Assembly (NCBI GenBank): GCA_965197745.1
Contig: CBDANS010000006.1
Coordinates: 864,001 to 928,000, forward strand
Direction: 5' to 3'
Source: Opitutales bacterium
Lineage (GTDB): Bacteria; Verrucomicrobiota; Verrucomicrobiia; Opitutales; PNEW01
Length of the DNA: 64,000 nucleotides
Shown here piece after piece: positions 21,637-32,525 of the stretch. The notes below the pieces were generated by a model. It was given only the letters and a program-made list of their open reading frames with translations, was not told the origin of the DNA and ran no database searches. Both the position numbers and the translations under genes were made by a program. The first letter of the stretch is position 1, and each line of letters begins with the position of its first letter.

Positions 21637-23010
21637 GTGATCGAATTGCCGATAGAACCATTCACCCTGCCTGCTTCCGGCATCGTCTCTTTGCCTGGAT
21701 CCAAGAGTATAACCAACCGCGCTATCATCTTAGCTGCCCTCAGCGATGGACCGGTTACTCTTCGAGACGCATTATTCAGTGATGATACGTCAGCGATGCT
21801 TACCGCCTTGGAGGATTTAGGATTTAACTTAACGACCAATGAATTAGATGCTGAAATAAATATCGAGGGGTTGAGTGGCAACATCCCATGTAATAAAACT
21901 AAAATCCACGTAGGTAATTCCGGCACTGTCGCACGCTTTCTCACCGCATTTCTATGTCTCAAGAAAAATGGGCATTACAATCTAGACGGAGACGATGCTA
22001 TACGCAAAAGGCCGATGGGGGGTCTTTTAGATGTCCTTATAGAACAGGGAGCTGAAGTCATTTTTGAAGGAGAGGAAGGGCACTTCCCATTCCTCCTAAA
22101 GACCCACGGTCTGAAGGGTGGATTAATCGAAGTCAATGCCCGTGCCAGCAGCCAATTTCTCTCTGCCCTCCTCATGGTCGCCCCTTTCACAGAGCAAGAC
22201 GCCACGATCCGCAGGATAGATAAAAAAGTAAGAAAGTCTTTTATCCATCTCACCCATAAAATGATGGAAAGTTGGAATCAGAAAATATCAACTGATCATG
22301 AAACGATGATTAAAGCGCGAGGTCGTTACTCCATAAATAAGGACGATTATATTATCGAACCTGACGCTACGGCGGCCAGCTACTTCATTGTATTACCCCT
22401 CATAACTGGTGGAGAAATTACGATAAAAGGAGCATCCAGAATCTCTAATTCAATTCACTTAAACCTTCAGGGGGATACCAGATTCGCTGACATATTGATC
22501 AATGAGAACTTGATCTCCAATTCCAGGCATGGCGATACACACTTTCTCCCTGGCTCTTCCCGCCATGGTATCGATCAAAACTTTTATGAGTTTTCTGATA
22601 CCTTTATGACCATCGCTGCTATTGCACCCCTATTGGAAAGCAGAACACGGATCACAGGTATTGGACACACGCGGCATCAAGAAACAGATCGTATTGCCGC
22701 GATGGCAACCGAACTGCGAAAATTGGGCCAGGAAGTAATCGAAGAGGACGATGCTCTGGAGATTCTACCCAGCCGTTCATCATTAATAGAAAAAGCTAAA
22801 GAGGGCGTGACTATAGAAACCTACAAGGACCACCGCATTGCCATGAGTTTTGCCGTCCTTGGATGCGCTGATTTAAAGAGGGACGGAAGACCCTGGATGA
22901 GCATTATTGATCCCTATTGCTGCGCAAAGACATTTCCCAATTTTTTTGATGTTCTCAATGAATTACGTGAGAACTCCTTAATAAATAAAGACTGCCGGTC
23001 AGGAGGCTGA
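21637..23010 (+). CDS. aroA: EPSP synthase
   Basis: PGSKSITNR, GNSGT..RF, SSQFLS, RHQETDR, DHRIAM. Confidence 0.95.
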   Translation: MIELPIEPFTLPASGIVSLPGSKSITNRAIILAALSDGPVTLRDALFSDDTSAMLTALEDLGFNLTTNELDAEINIEGLSGNIPCNKTKIHVGNSGTVARFLTAFLCLKKNGHYNLDGDDAIRKRPMGGLLDVLIEQGAEVIFEGEEGHFPFLLKTHGLKGGLIEVNARASSQFLSALLMVAPFTEQDATIRRIDKKVRKSFIHLTHKMMESWNQKISTDHETMIKARGRYSINKDDYIIEPDATAASYFIVLPLITGGEITIKGASRISNSIHLNLQGDTRFADILINENLISNSRHGDTHFLPGSSRHGIDQNFYEFSDTFMTIAAIAPLLESRTRITGIGHTRHQETDRIAAMATELRKLGQEVIEEDDALEILPSRSSLIEKAKEGVTIETYKDHRIAMSFAVLGCADLKRDGRPWMSIIDPYCCAKTFPNFFDVLNELRENSLINKDCRSGG

Positions 23011-23025
23011 ATTCTATACTAACTG

Positions 23026-23706
23026 GTGATGCCTTCCGAAAAATTTATAATTATCGCGATAGACGGTGGAGCGGCTTCCGGAAAATCAACAACAGCCAGG
23101 GCAGTGAGTGAACGCCTTAATTATTTATATGTGGATACAGGAACTCATTACCGAATGGTGACTTATTTGATGATCAGGGATGGCATAACTCCAAACGATT
23201 CGACAACCGTCAAAGCCTATCTTAAAGATAGACCTCTCGAGACAAAAGTTGATAAACATCGCGAGATTATGTTTATCGATGCAGGGCATCCGGATGAAAG
23301 TGACCTGCGCAGCGCTGAGGTGAATAATCAAGTGTCTCGCTTCGCGGCCCTAAAACCTGTGCGTCAATTTCTTTTCAATTACCAGCGCAATCTCGCAAAA
23401 GTGGCACAAGAGCTTGGCTTTGCAGGGATCATTATGGAGGGGAGAGATATTGGATCCATTATTTTCCCTCATGCTGATTACAAAATTTTCCTTGAAGCTA
23501 ACCCTCTTACGCGTGCTGAGAGACGCGCCCTGGATGGCCAGAAAGATGCCATTACCCAACGCGATCAATTAGATTCCGAACGGAACACGGCGCCCCTTAT
23601 CTGCCCACAAGGTGCAATAAGAATTGATACTTCACAAATACCACTTGAAGCGGTAGTAGAAAAAATTTGCGCCATCATAGTCGAAGGCAGTGAAAGCGAT
23701 AACTAA
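23026..23706 (+). CDS. cmk: Cytidylate kinase
   Basis: AIDGGAASGKST, DTG..YR, EGRDIG. Confidence 0.92.
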   Translation: MMPSEKFIIIAIDGGAASGKSTTARAVSERLNYLYVDTGTHYRMVTYLMIRDGITPNDSTTVKAYLKDRPLETKVDKHREIMFIDAGHPDESDLRSAEVNNQVSRFAALKPVRQFLFNYQRNLAKVAQELGFAGIIMEGRDIGSIIFPHADYKIFLEANPLTRAERRALDGQKDAITQRDQLDSERNTAPLICPQGAIRIDTSQIPLEAVVEKICAIIVEGSESDN

Positions 23707-23710
23707 ATAA

Positions 23711-24355
23711 ATGGAAAAAGAATCATCTGCTTATAAACTGGCCCGAATTTTATCCCGAATATTATACCGAGGGATTTACGGTGTAGAATTTACCGGAATT
23801 GAAAATATTCCGGCAAAAGGTTCATTCATTCTCGCCACCAACCATGCGAGTTATTTCGACCCCTCTCTCGCGGGTTATGCCTTGCCTCGGCCCATATATT
23901 ATTTTGCCCGCAAAACACTCTTCCGCTATCGTATTATAGCCTGGATTCTTCCCCGTTTAAATACAATTCCCGTCGATCGGGACGGGCCATCTGATATCAC
24001 CGCCTTTAAGCGTGTCCTCGAAATCCTCAAGGATGGACACGGCATGCTTATTTTTCCCGAAGGAACACGCACTTCCGATGGTAATTTACAAAAGGTTAAA
24101 TCTGGAATCGGTCTTCTCGCCTGTCGTTCACAGGCAATCGTTGTCCCGGGGCGTATTTTTGGGAGTTACGAAGCCTTCAACCGCAATCATAAAATTCCAA
24201 AATTAAAGGGATCGCTTTCTGTTGTATACGGGAAACAGATGTTGCCCACGGAATATGAAACCGATGGGCCCGCCAAAAAACGCTATGCCGAAGCATCACA
24301 TCGGATTATGAAACGTATAAGTGAAATTAAGAATCCGCGCCTTGAAAAAAACTGA
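23711..24355 (+). CDS. plsC: 1-acyl-sn-glycerol-3-phosphate acyltransferase
   Basis: NHASYFD and FPEGTR motifs. Confidence 0.88.
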   Translation: MEKESSAYKLARILSRILYRGIYGVEFTGIENIPAKGSFILATNHASYFDPSLAGYALPRPIYYFARKTLFRYRIIAWILPRLNTIPVDRDGPSDITAFKRVLEILKDGHGMLIFPEGTRTSDGNLQKVKSGIGLLACRSQAIVVPGRIFGSYEAFNRNHKIPKLKGSLSVVYGKQMLPTEYETDGPAKKRYAEASHRIMKRISEIKNPRLEKN

Positions 24356-24459
24356 AACAATTGCTCTTCATTTATCAGGTATTCAGAAAGAGCGTTAATT
24401 TATCGCCCGCATATTTTTCACACTTGACTTTAACCGTCACTGGCAAATCTTCTATGCCC

Positions 24460-25059
24460 ATGCAACTGGTCTGTCTAGACCTCGAGGGAGTACTTTTACC
24501 AGAAATATGGATAGCTTTTGCCGAGGCTGCAGGCATCCCTGAACTTAAGCGAACCACTCGCGATGAGCCCGATTATGATAAACTCATGCGATTTCGATTG
24601 GGAATACTTGAACGAAATAATGTTAAGATCAGTGATATACAGGAGATTATCCATACCCTTGATCCTCTTCCTGGAGCTGTTGATTTTATCAACAAACTTA
24701 AAGCACAAACGCGGGCAATCATTCTTTCAGATACATTCGAAGAATTTGCTAAACCCCTTATGACAAAGCTCGGGAACCCCACTCTATTTTGTCATAATTT
24801 AGAAATTGATGACAATGGTCATATAATTAACTATCACTTACGCCTGAAGGATCAAAAACGTCTGGCTGTAGAAGCATTTAAAAAATTGAATTTTACGGTA
24901 ATTGCGGCAGGCGACTCTTATAACGATCTCTCCATGATCCGGGCCGCAGATCATGGAATTCTCTTTTGTCCTCCTGATGCAATGCAAGCAGAGAATAAAG
25001 ATTTACCTGTGGCCACTGATTATGACGGGCTCTACGCATGTTTGGAGAAATTTATTTAA
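24460..25059 (+). CDS. thrH: Phosphoserine phosphatase / homoserine phosphotransferase
   Basis: CLDLEGVL.PEIW, TTRDEPDYD.LM, GDSYND. Confidence 0.92.
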   Translation: MQLVCLDLEGVLLPEIWIAFAEAAGIPELKRTTRDEPDYDKLMRFRLGILERNNVKISDIQEIIHTLDPLPGAVDFINKLKAQTRAIILSDTFEEFAKPLMTKLGNPTLFCHNLEIDDNGHIINYHLRLKDQKRLAVEAFKKLNFTVIAAGDSYNDLSMIRAADHGILFCPPDAMQAENKDLPVATDYDGLYACLEKFI

Positions 25060-25122
25060 GGTCATTGGCTAACCGTCATTATCGCTTTACTGTTCAATCG
25101 CTTTTTTCTTTTGTCATGGACG

Positions 25123-25695
25123 ATGTCACACACAAATCAAAAAGAAATACTTGAGATATTTAAAGAGACTGGTGCCTTGATGACCGGACATTTCATACTG
25201 CGCTCTGGTCTTCATAGCGGTCACTATTTTCAATGCGCAAGGGTGTGTGAATACCTGGACCGCGTCGGACGGCTCGCTGAACTATTGCTGGATAAACTAC
25301 CACCCTTAGATTATGAAACGGTTATTGCACCGGCAATGGGAGGGCTGGTCCTTGGACAGGAAGTGGCGAGACAGGCTCAAAAACGATATCTTTACGTTGA
25401 AAAAATCGACGATGCCCTCACTCTTCGACGTGGATTTGTTATAAATCCGGGGGAAAAGCTCCTTGTGGTCGAAGATGTATTCACCAGAGGAGGACGCATC
25501 AAGGAAACGCTTGAGATAATTAAATCAAAAGGCGGTATTCCCGTCGGCATAGCCGTGCTCGTCGATCGAAGTGAAGGGAAGACCCAATTTGAAGTACCCT
25601 TAATATCACTTTTAGAATTAAGTTTTCCCACCCACAAGGCAGATGAACTGCCTGAAGAATTAAAAGCAATAACCCCCGAAAAGCCGGGCAGTTAA
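25123..25695 (+). CDS. pyrE: Orotate phosphoribosyltransferase
   Basis: GHFILRSGLHS, VVEDVFTRGG. Confidence 0.92.
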   Translation: MSHTNQKEILEIFKETGALMTGHFILRSGLHSGHYFQCARVCEYLDRVGRLAELLLDKLPPLDYETVIAPAMGGLVLGQEVARQAQKRYLYVEKIDDALTLRRGFVINPGEKLLVVEDVFTRGGRIKETLEIIKSKGGIPVGIAVLVDRSEGKTQFEVPLISLLELSFPTHKADELPEELKAITPEKPGS

Positions 25696-27212
25696 GGGGC
25701 CGATCTTCTCAAGCGGAGAGCAATATAAACAAACTTTCCCCTATCATATATCCAAAGCTTATTGATCCCCCTTCGTAATAAATCCTTGGCCTGATCTATA
25801 CTAGCAACGGGTCTATCATTTAATTCTACAATCACCATTCCTTCACGTATAGAATTTGCATAAGGTGATTTTATATCTACCTCGGTTACAATCAATCCAT
25901 CTACCTCATCCGGTAGCTCGTATTTTTCCGCAAGACTTTCCGAAAACTTACTCACTATTACGCCTTCAAGAAATTCCCTCCCTAAATCATCATCATCTAC
26001 TAAACCGGTTTCCAAGTTACCGAGGACCACATTGAGTCTGCGCTTTTTCCCATCGCGCATAACGGTAACGGCTACTTCTTTGCCGGGTTGCATTGAGGCA
26101 ATCTTCAAGCGCAGGTCTTGAGTAGAAGCAACCTCATGATCTTCCACCGCAACGATCACATCCCCGCGCTGGATCCCCGCTTTCTTCGCCGGCAGACCTT
26201 CTTGCACTTGCACGACAAGGGCCCCTTTAGTGCTCGTAAGATTAAAGGCTTCAGCAAGATCGGCAGTGATATCGTTAATCGCTACACCAAGATACCCGCG
26301 CTGCACCGTGCCGGTCTCAAGCAGTTTGACCATCACCGAACGCGCTAAATTTGTTGGAATCGCAAAACCGATTCCTATATTTCCCCCCGACTGTGAAAGA
26401 ATGGCAGTGTTGATCCCAACAAGACGTCCGTCCGCATCAACGAGAGCGCCTCCTGAATTCCCCGGGTTGATAGAGGCATCTGTTTGAATAAAATTTTCAT
26501 AGCTTTGATTACCGAGTAATCCTAATTCTGTTCTCTTGGTTGCCGATACAATGCCTTGAGTAACCGTCGTCCCAACACTGAGCGGATTTCCAATGGCAAA
26601 GAGAATATCCCCAACTCGCAGATTGTCACTATTCGCCATATTCAAATAAGGGAGGTCTTCGGCATCCACTTTGAGAACAGCCACATCAGTCCTTTCGTCC
26701 GAACCGACAATTTCGGCGAGAAACTCAACATCTTCAGACAGACTTACACGAATCTCGTCAACATCATTGCCGCGGTCATCCGTAATGACATGGCGATTAG
26801 TTAAAATATAACCATCTTTCGAAACAATCACTCCCGATCCCATTCCAGATAACAATTTCCGTTCCCGACCATTCTCTTCTCCCTCATTCCCATCTCGAGG
26901 ATAGGGGACACCATAAAACCGTCTCAGCATCTCTTCTAAAGGATCGACCCTTCGCTCCCGCATGACACTGACGATACGCGACGCATAGACAGCAACTACC
27001 GCAGGAGTGACACCATCAAGAACATCGGCAAAGCTTACAATGCGTCCCTGTCTTGAACGATCAATCGAATTGTTGTCTACCGGAAAATGTTTCTCAGCAT
27101 CGGTGAGCCGTGATGCAGCCAATTCAGGGTTATCTGATTTTGCCAGTAATTCATGTATCGTGTAGCTAGCCGCCACGGCAAATATTAAAAGTAATAGTAA
27201 TAGATTACGCAT
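25692..27212 (-). CDS. DegP/HtrA serine protease with PDZ domains
   Basis: TNRHV, FIQTDASINPGNSGG, two PDZ-like regions. Confidence 0.93.
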   Translation of the reverse strand: MRNLLLLLLIFAVAASYTIHELLAKSDNPELAASRLTDAEKHFPVDNNSIDRSRQGRIVSFADVLDGVTPAVVAVYASRIVSVMRERRVDPLEEMLRRFYGVPYPRDGNEGEENGRERKLLSGMGSGVIVSKDGYILTNRHVITDDRGNDVDEIRVSLSEDVEFLAEIVGSDERTDVAVLKVDAEDLPYLNMANSDNLRVGDILFAIGNPLSVGTTVTQGIVSATKRTELGLLGNQSYENFIQTDASINPGNSGGALVDADGRLVGINTAILSQSGGNIGIGFAIPTNLARSVMVKLLETGTVQRGYLGVAINDITADLAEAFNLTSTKGALVVQVQEGLPAKKAGIQRGDVIVAVEDHEVASTQDLRLKIASMQPGKEVAVTVMRDGKKRRLNVVLGNLETGLVDDDDLGREFLEGVIVSKFSESLAEKYELPDEVDGLIVTEVDIKSPYANSIREGMVIVELNDRPVASIDQAKDLLRRGINKLWIYDRGKFVYIALRLRRSAP

Positions 27213-27346
27213 CTTAAATTTGAATGATATGACAATTTAAGTTAGAGTTCCGCAAATAGTCAGAGCATAAGGGCAATCCCCTTCTCGCCACCAGACTGGT
27301 TGAGGTGAAACTAAACGGCTGATCCCGTCAACTGGATATAACTTTT

Positions 27347-28294
27347 TTAGAATCCCTGGAGTTTAAAAAGACTGGTAACACTTTCATGATTATTGATACG
27401 CAGGATAGCCTGAGCCAAAAGAGGGGCAACACTCAATACTTTGATGGGCAAATCGCGTGTATCGATAGGAATAGTGTCAGTGGTTATGAGTTCATCGATA
27501 GGCCCCTCTTTGAGCCGTTCATAACCGAGTTCGTGGAGCATGATGTGACTGACGGCCGCGCGTACTTTGGTCGCACCCTTCTCTTTAAGAAGATTAGCTG
27601 CGGCACAAAGTGTCCCCATGGTTTCGGTAATATCATCGATAATGAGAACTTCCCTTCCCTCCACCTCGCCGACAAGATTAATGGCTTCGACCGTAGTCGC
27701 ACTGGTACGTCGTTTGGCCACGAACCCGAGTGCGCAACCAAACATATCAGCATAAGCCGCGGCCATTTTCAAACCACCGACATCAGGGGAAAAAATCACC
27801 ATTTTTGAGCTGTCGATCTGTTTCAAGTATTCATAAATAACGGGCGATGCATAGAGATGATCCATGGGAATATCAAAAAAGCCCTGAATTTGCTGAGCGT
27901 GGAGATCTATCGTTAAAATACGGTCAGCTCCTGCCGTAACGAGAAGATTAGCAATAAGCTTTGCCGTGATCGGCACTCGCGGCTGTTCTTTTCGGTCTTG
28001 TCGGGCATAACCGAAAAAAGGCATGACGGCAGTGATACGTTGAGCAGATGCGCGGCGCGCGGCATCTATCATGATAAGCAACTCCATGATATTATTGTTG
28101 GCCGGGACACAGGTAGACTGGACGATAAAAATATCTTTACCACGAATATTCTCGGTTATTTTTACACTCGTCTCACCATCCGGGAAATGGCCCACTTCGC
28201 AGGCGCCAATGGGAACCCCTATGAAACTGCATATTTCATCAACGAGCTTGGGATTTGATTGCCCTGATAAAACTTTTAGCTCCCCAACTTGCAT
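27347..28294 (-). CDS. prs: Ribose-phosphate pyrophosphokinase
   Basis: FPDGE, YARQDRK, DLHAQQIQGFFD, SPDVGG. Confidence 0.96.
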   Translation of the reverse strand: MQVGELKVLSGQSNPKLVDEICSFIGVPIGACEVGHFPDGETSVKITENIRGKDIFIVQSTCVPANNNIMELLIMIDAARRASAQRITAVMPFFGYARQDRKEQPRVPITAKLIANLLVTAGADRILTIDLHAQQIQGFFDIPMDHLYASPVIYEYLKQIDSSKMVIFSPDVGGLKMAAAYADMFGCALGFVAKRRTSATTVEAINLVGEVEGREVLIIDDITETMGTLCAAANLLKEKGATKVRAAVSHIMLHELGYERLKEGPIDELITTDTIPIDTRDLPIKVLSVAPLLAQAILRINNHESVTSLFKLQGF

Positions 28295-28308
28295 AGATCT
28301 AAACGATT

Positions 28309-29358
28309 TTAATTATCCGTTTTTTTCTCTAACAATTTTTCGATATTAGCAACTTTTTTGAATAAATCCGGCAACTTGCGCAATAGGACATCTATTTTTC
28401 TCGCGAGCATCAGAGGCATGACCGGAGTAGCAGTGACCTTGCTCCCTGGGTCTAAATCACGATTAACCCCTCCCTGAGCACCGATTATCGTTCCTTTCCC
28501 AATAGTGATATGACCAACCACGCCGACCTGACCCGCTAGCGTTACATTATCTTCAAGCGTCGTGCTTCCAGAGATTCCCGATTGTGCAGCTATAATACAA
28601 TTTTTCCCAATTATTACATTATGCGCTATCTGAACCAGGTTATCGATTTTTGTCCCCTGACAAATTCGTGTTTCATTAAATCGTGCTCGATCCACAGTAG
28701 TATTCGCTCCAATTTCTACGTCATTCTCTATTACCACACGCCCGATTTGAGGGTTTCTATGATACACTCCATCGCTTAAGTCATAGCCATATCCATCGGA
28801 GCCCACAACCACACCTGCGTGCAGTCTCACGCGATCACCTACTTCACAATGTGATGACAATACTACTTGCGGCATGAATCTGCAATCCTGACCCACTTGT
28901 GTATTTCGTCCGATGAAAACCATCGCATCGAGTACCGTTCCCTTACCGATCACCGCCATTGCTTCTATCACACATTGGGGTCCAATCGAAGCTTCAGGGT
29001 CAATGGAAGCTGATTGATCTACTATTGCTGTAGGATGGATACCTGGTGGAGGTGGGGGTGCGTGACGCTCCTCAATTTGCGCACATACCTTACTGAGCGC
29101 CAGAGAGGGATTAGGCACACGCAAGTAAAGCTGGTTCTTATTCGGACTCCCTTTATAATCCTCAGGTAAAAGCACAAATGAAGCACGCGATGCGGGTACT
29201 TGCTTGCGGTATTTATTGTTCCCTAAAAATGACAAGTCCCCGGGACCTGCTGTATCAAGAGCTGCGATACCGGTTATCTGTATGTCTGCGCCCCCCTCCA
29301 CACACCCTTCTCCGATGATGGTGAGGATGTCATTAATCGATAAAGATATATCCATCAC
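28309..29358 (-). CDS. lpxD: UDP-3-O-acylglucosamine N-acyltransferase
   Basis: Hexapeptide repeats; GSDGYG, KIDNLVQIAHNV; follows bamA-skp. Confidence 0.95.
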   Translation of the reverse strand: MMDISLSINDILTIIGEGCVEGGADIQITGIAALDTAGPGDLSFLGNNKYRKQVPASRASFVLLPEDYKGSPNKNQLYLRVPNPSLALSKVCAQIEERHAPPPPPGIHPTAIVDQSASIDPEASIGPQCVIEAMAVIGKGTVLDAMVFIGRNTQVGQDCRFMPQVVLSSHCEVGDRVRLHAGVVVGSDGYGYDLSDGVYHRNPQIGRVVIENDVEIGANTTVDRARFNETRICQGTKIDNLVQIAHNVIIGKNCIIAAQSGISGSTTLEDNVTLAGQVGVVGHITIGKGTIIGAQGGVNRDLDPGSKVTATPVMPLMLARKIDVLLRKLPDLFKKVANIEKLLEKKTDN

Positions 29359-29579
29359 TAGAGCTTCATTAGGTCTTATCCAATAATCATAAAGGTGGAG
29401 GGCAGTATCACCAAGCTCAATTTCTATTACTTATTATAGAGCGTTCCTCCGCAGAGCATGCCTAATCGGTAATTAAGCCCTGAATAAATGATTATGGTGT
29501 GAGGCTGAGACTTGAGAAAATAGACGAAGACAAAACCTCGATTCAGTTGGCAGCAGATATGAAGGTACCAGGAAATATA

Positions 29580-30158
29580 TTAATTTCCCGGGGCATCCTC
29601 GTTAATCTTCGCCAGAACATCATCAGTGATATCCCAAGAAGGTTTAGCATATAGCACATTGGGTATACCGAGCGTGGAAGAACCTGATGTATCAAATACC
29701 AGTGACGCATTTTGTGAAACTGCTATTGCCAATGTGACTTTTTTAATTTCATCTAACATGAGGTCACGGTGCGTGCGCTGCCGCTGTTGGAGTGAACGCT
29801 CTGTATTTAACTGATATTGTTGAATCTCACGTTCCTTTTCCTGAATTACTTTTAATTTTTCCTGTGCCTCAAGTTTAGCCTTGTTGCGGAATTCATCAGT
29901 AAGCGCGGGATTATTAATCCTCTCGCGAAGATTGTTAAACTCCTCTGCAAGCACTTTGCCTTCTTCTACCAGCTCTTCTGCCTGCCCTTGCGCTTGCGCT
30001 ATGCTGTCTTTGAGCTTTTCGTTCGCTTCCTTCGTTTTATAATAATTGTTGTAAAGTTTAGCCATGTCAACGGTCACTACCTTTAACTCTTCAGAGAAAC
30101 AGCTATAGGTAAATGCCCCAATTACGATAAGAGAGAGAATAAATTTTTTCATCATCAA
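29580..30158 (-). CDS. skp: OmpH/Skp periplasmic chaperone
   Basis: Signal peptide, coiled coil, DITDDVL C-terminus; synteny. Confidence 0.85.
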   Translation of the reverse strand: MMMKKFILSLIVIGAFTYSCFSEELKVVTVDMAKLYNNYYKTKEANEKLKDSIAQAQGQAEELVEEGKVLAEEFNNLRERINNPALTDEFRNKAKLEAQEKLKVIQEKEREIQQYQLNTERSLQQRQRTHRDLMLDEIKKVTLAIAVSQNASLVFDTSGSSTLGIPNVLYAKPSWDITDDVLAKINEDAPGN

Positions 30159-30195
30159 TTGTTGTCAGAATTAATCTAATAAATTTTATCCAATT

Positions 30196-32520
30196 TTAAA
30201 ACCTTGGCCCAAAAGTAAAATGAAACTGAGGGCCATCATCATTAAGACCATCATCCGTGATAGGAATACCATAATCTAAACGCATGGGCGCTCCCAGCAC
30301 TTGAATCCGGAGGCCGAAACCCCAGTTATCATTGTAATTTGAAAAACTAAAATCCCCTTCACGGAGGTTTACAAAGCCTAAATCATAAAATAAAGCAAGT
30401 CTCATATCTTCTGATACTTTAAACGTATACTCGACACTAAAAAAACCAAAAGTGTTCCCACCGATAGGATCCAGAGTTATGGGATCTTTGGGACCTATCT
30501 GGCGAAATTCGAATCCCCTGACGTCATCAGGCCCCCCCAGGAAAAAGCGTTCAAAAAAGGGTACACTTTGGTTATTGAGAGAATATATTGACCCGGCTCG
30601 CGCATAAATACCGAGTGTTTGTTCCAAAAAGTTATGCGTGGGGAAAAATTGAGCGCCGCGCCCCTCGATTTTAAAGTATTCGGTGTCACCGCCAAGACCT
30701 GCAAATTCAGTCCTTAATTCGAGACGATTACCCCTTCTGCTATAAATGATTCTATCACGCATATCACGGATTAGATCCACCTTGATTTTGGAGACTGATC
30801 GTTCACCCTCTTCCGCTTTAATAACCGGCGATGCAAATTCAGCAACGTCAAAAATATCCACAACTTCATAGCGGTAGGTTAGCCGACCATCTAAATTTTT
30901 ATACAGGCGCTTGCGAAGAGAGGTTTGAAGACCGGTACGTAATTCATTAAAACTAACACTGACGAAATCCGTAGAAACACGGAATAAATCCACTTCCAAT
31001 GCCAGGCGCTGATCAAACAACCAGGGTTCAATGAAAGTTATACCGTACTCTTCTGAACGCGACCCAATTTCCGCACGTAATCGCAGCTTTTGACCATCTC
31101 CCTGGAAAAAAGAACGCCAATTAAACAGATCGAAATTACCTTGCGCAACCTCTCCAGTAAAGATCCCCTTGCGTAGCGAACTGAATCCGGCCCCAAATGA
31201 AAGGTTCCCGGTACGCCCTTCTTTGAGCGATATTTTCATGTTTCGGCGTTTCGGGATGTTGGTTTTTTCCGGCGACACAACCACATTATCAAAATACTGT
31301 GTGTTTATGAGACGCGCTTCGCTGGATTTCATACGCACACGGTCGAACACGTCACCGGGTGCGAGCGATAACTCTCGTAGAATAACAACACTTTTAGTTT
31401 TAGTGTTCCCTTCTATATTAATCGATTCCACGAGGATCTCTTCACTCTCATGAATGAGATAATTAATATCGATATCACCCGTAACCAGATTCGGTTTGCG
31501 CTCCGCTCGTATTCTTGTGTCGATATGCCCTTTTTGCCCAAACAAATCACGCAACTTAGTATTGTCACTATCAAGTTTATTAGGATCGAAAACCTCACCC
31601 GGGTTAAGCTTCAAATTACTTAGTAATTCGTCATCAGAGTAGAGGGTATTACCATCAAACGTTACATCCCCCACCTGGTACTGCCGTCCCTCATTAACAT
31701 TTATTGTTATACCGATTGTATTATCAGACGGGTAATCCAGGGTAACACTGGCATCCGAGATATCGACATCAAGATATCCCCTTTTTTTATAGAGGGCAAG
31801 TAGCGCATCAATATCTTCTTGAAGCGTTTCATCTTTAAATCGCCCCTTGCTAAATATTGCGTTCTTAAATGAATACTGCTTGGTTCCCAAGGTATTTTTC
31901 AATTTGCGATCACCGATTGCCTTGTTGTTAACAAACTTAACGTATGCTATTTTCAACCTTTGCCCTTCATCGATGCGGAATATAACTTTGCCATAACCAG
32001 TCCCCGGGTCTTTGCTTATTTCATAATCAACAGAGGCTTGGGAATAGCCTTTACCCTGATAGTACTCAAATATTTTATGGCTGTCATCCTTGACTCGCCG
32101 CTCGTCGAGAGTCCCATTTTCTCGAGAAACAATTTCTTCCTTAAGGCGAGCCCTTTTCATTTTATGATTTCCGGTAATTACGATTTCTTCGATTCGGTAT
32201 TTTGCTTGAACGAGAAAAGTTAGCTTCAGTTCACCATTCTCCATCTTCTCGGATTTGACCTCGATAAAATCTAAAAATCCGGTGTTATATAAGGAACGTA
32301 TGGAACGGTCTACTAAGCTTTGATTATATTCCATCCCTTCACGTATTTGTATACGGGCAAGGATGGCATCATCGCTAAGGTTTTGAATGTCCTTAAATTC
32401 GATAACAATTTTTCCCACTTTAGAAAGTGGTTGGGTAACCTCTTGCGCTGTCAATAGTGGTAAGTTTACAGTACAAAACAGGGTAATAACCCACAAGAGT
32501 GAGATGAAGTGCACGCGCAT
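30196..32520 (-). CDS. bamA: Outer membrane protein assembly factor
   Basis: POTRA repeats, VRGF motif, C-terminal Phe. Confidence 0.95.
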   Translation of the reverse strand: MRVHFISLLWVITLFCTVNLPLLTAQEVTQPLSKVGKIVIEFKDIQNLSDDAILARIQIREGMEYNQSLVDRSIRSLYNTGFLDFIEVKSEKMENGELKLTFLVQAKYRIEEIVITGNHKMKRARLKEEIVSRENGTLDERRVKDDSHKIFEYYQGKGYSQASVDYEISKDPGTGYGKVIFRIDEGQRLKIAYVKFVNNKAIGDRKLKNTLGTKQYSFKNAIFSKGRFKDETLQEDIDALLALYKKRGYLDVDISDASVTLDYPSDNTIGITINVNEGRQYQVGDVTFDGNTLYSDDELLSNLKLNPGEVFDPNKLDSDNTKLRDLFGQKGHIDTRIRAERKPNLVTGDIDINYLIHESEEILVESINIEGNTKTKSVVILRELSLAPGDVFDRVRMKSSEARLINTQYFDNVVVSPEKTNIPKRRNMKISLKEGRTGNLSFGAGFSSLRKGIFTGEVAQGNFDLFNWRSFFQGDGQKLRLRAEIGSRSEEYGITFIEPWLFDQRLALEVDLFRVSTDFVSVSFNELRTGLQTSLRKRLYKNLDGRLTYRYEVVDIFDVAEFASPVIKAEEGERSVSKIKVDLIRDMRDRIIYSRRGNRLELRTEFAGLGGDTEYFKIEGRGAQFFPTHNFLEQTLGIYARAGSIYSLNNQSVPFFERFFLGGPDDVRGFEFRQIGPKDPITLDPIGGNTFGFFSVEYTFKVSEDMRLALFYDLGFVNLREGDFSFSNYNDNWGFGLRIQVLGAPMRLDYGIPITDDGLNDDGPQFHFTFGPRF

Positions 32521-32525
32521 ACTGG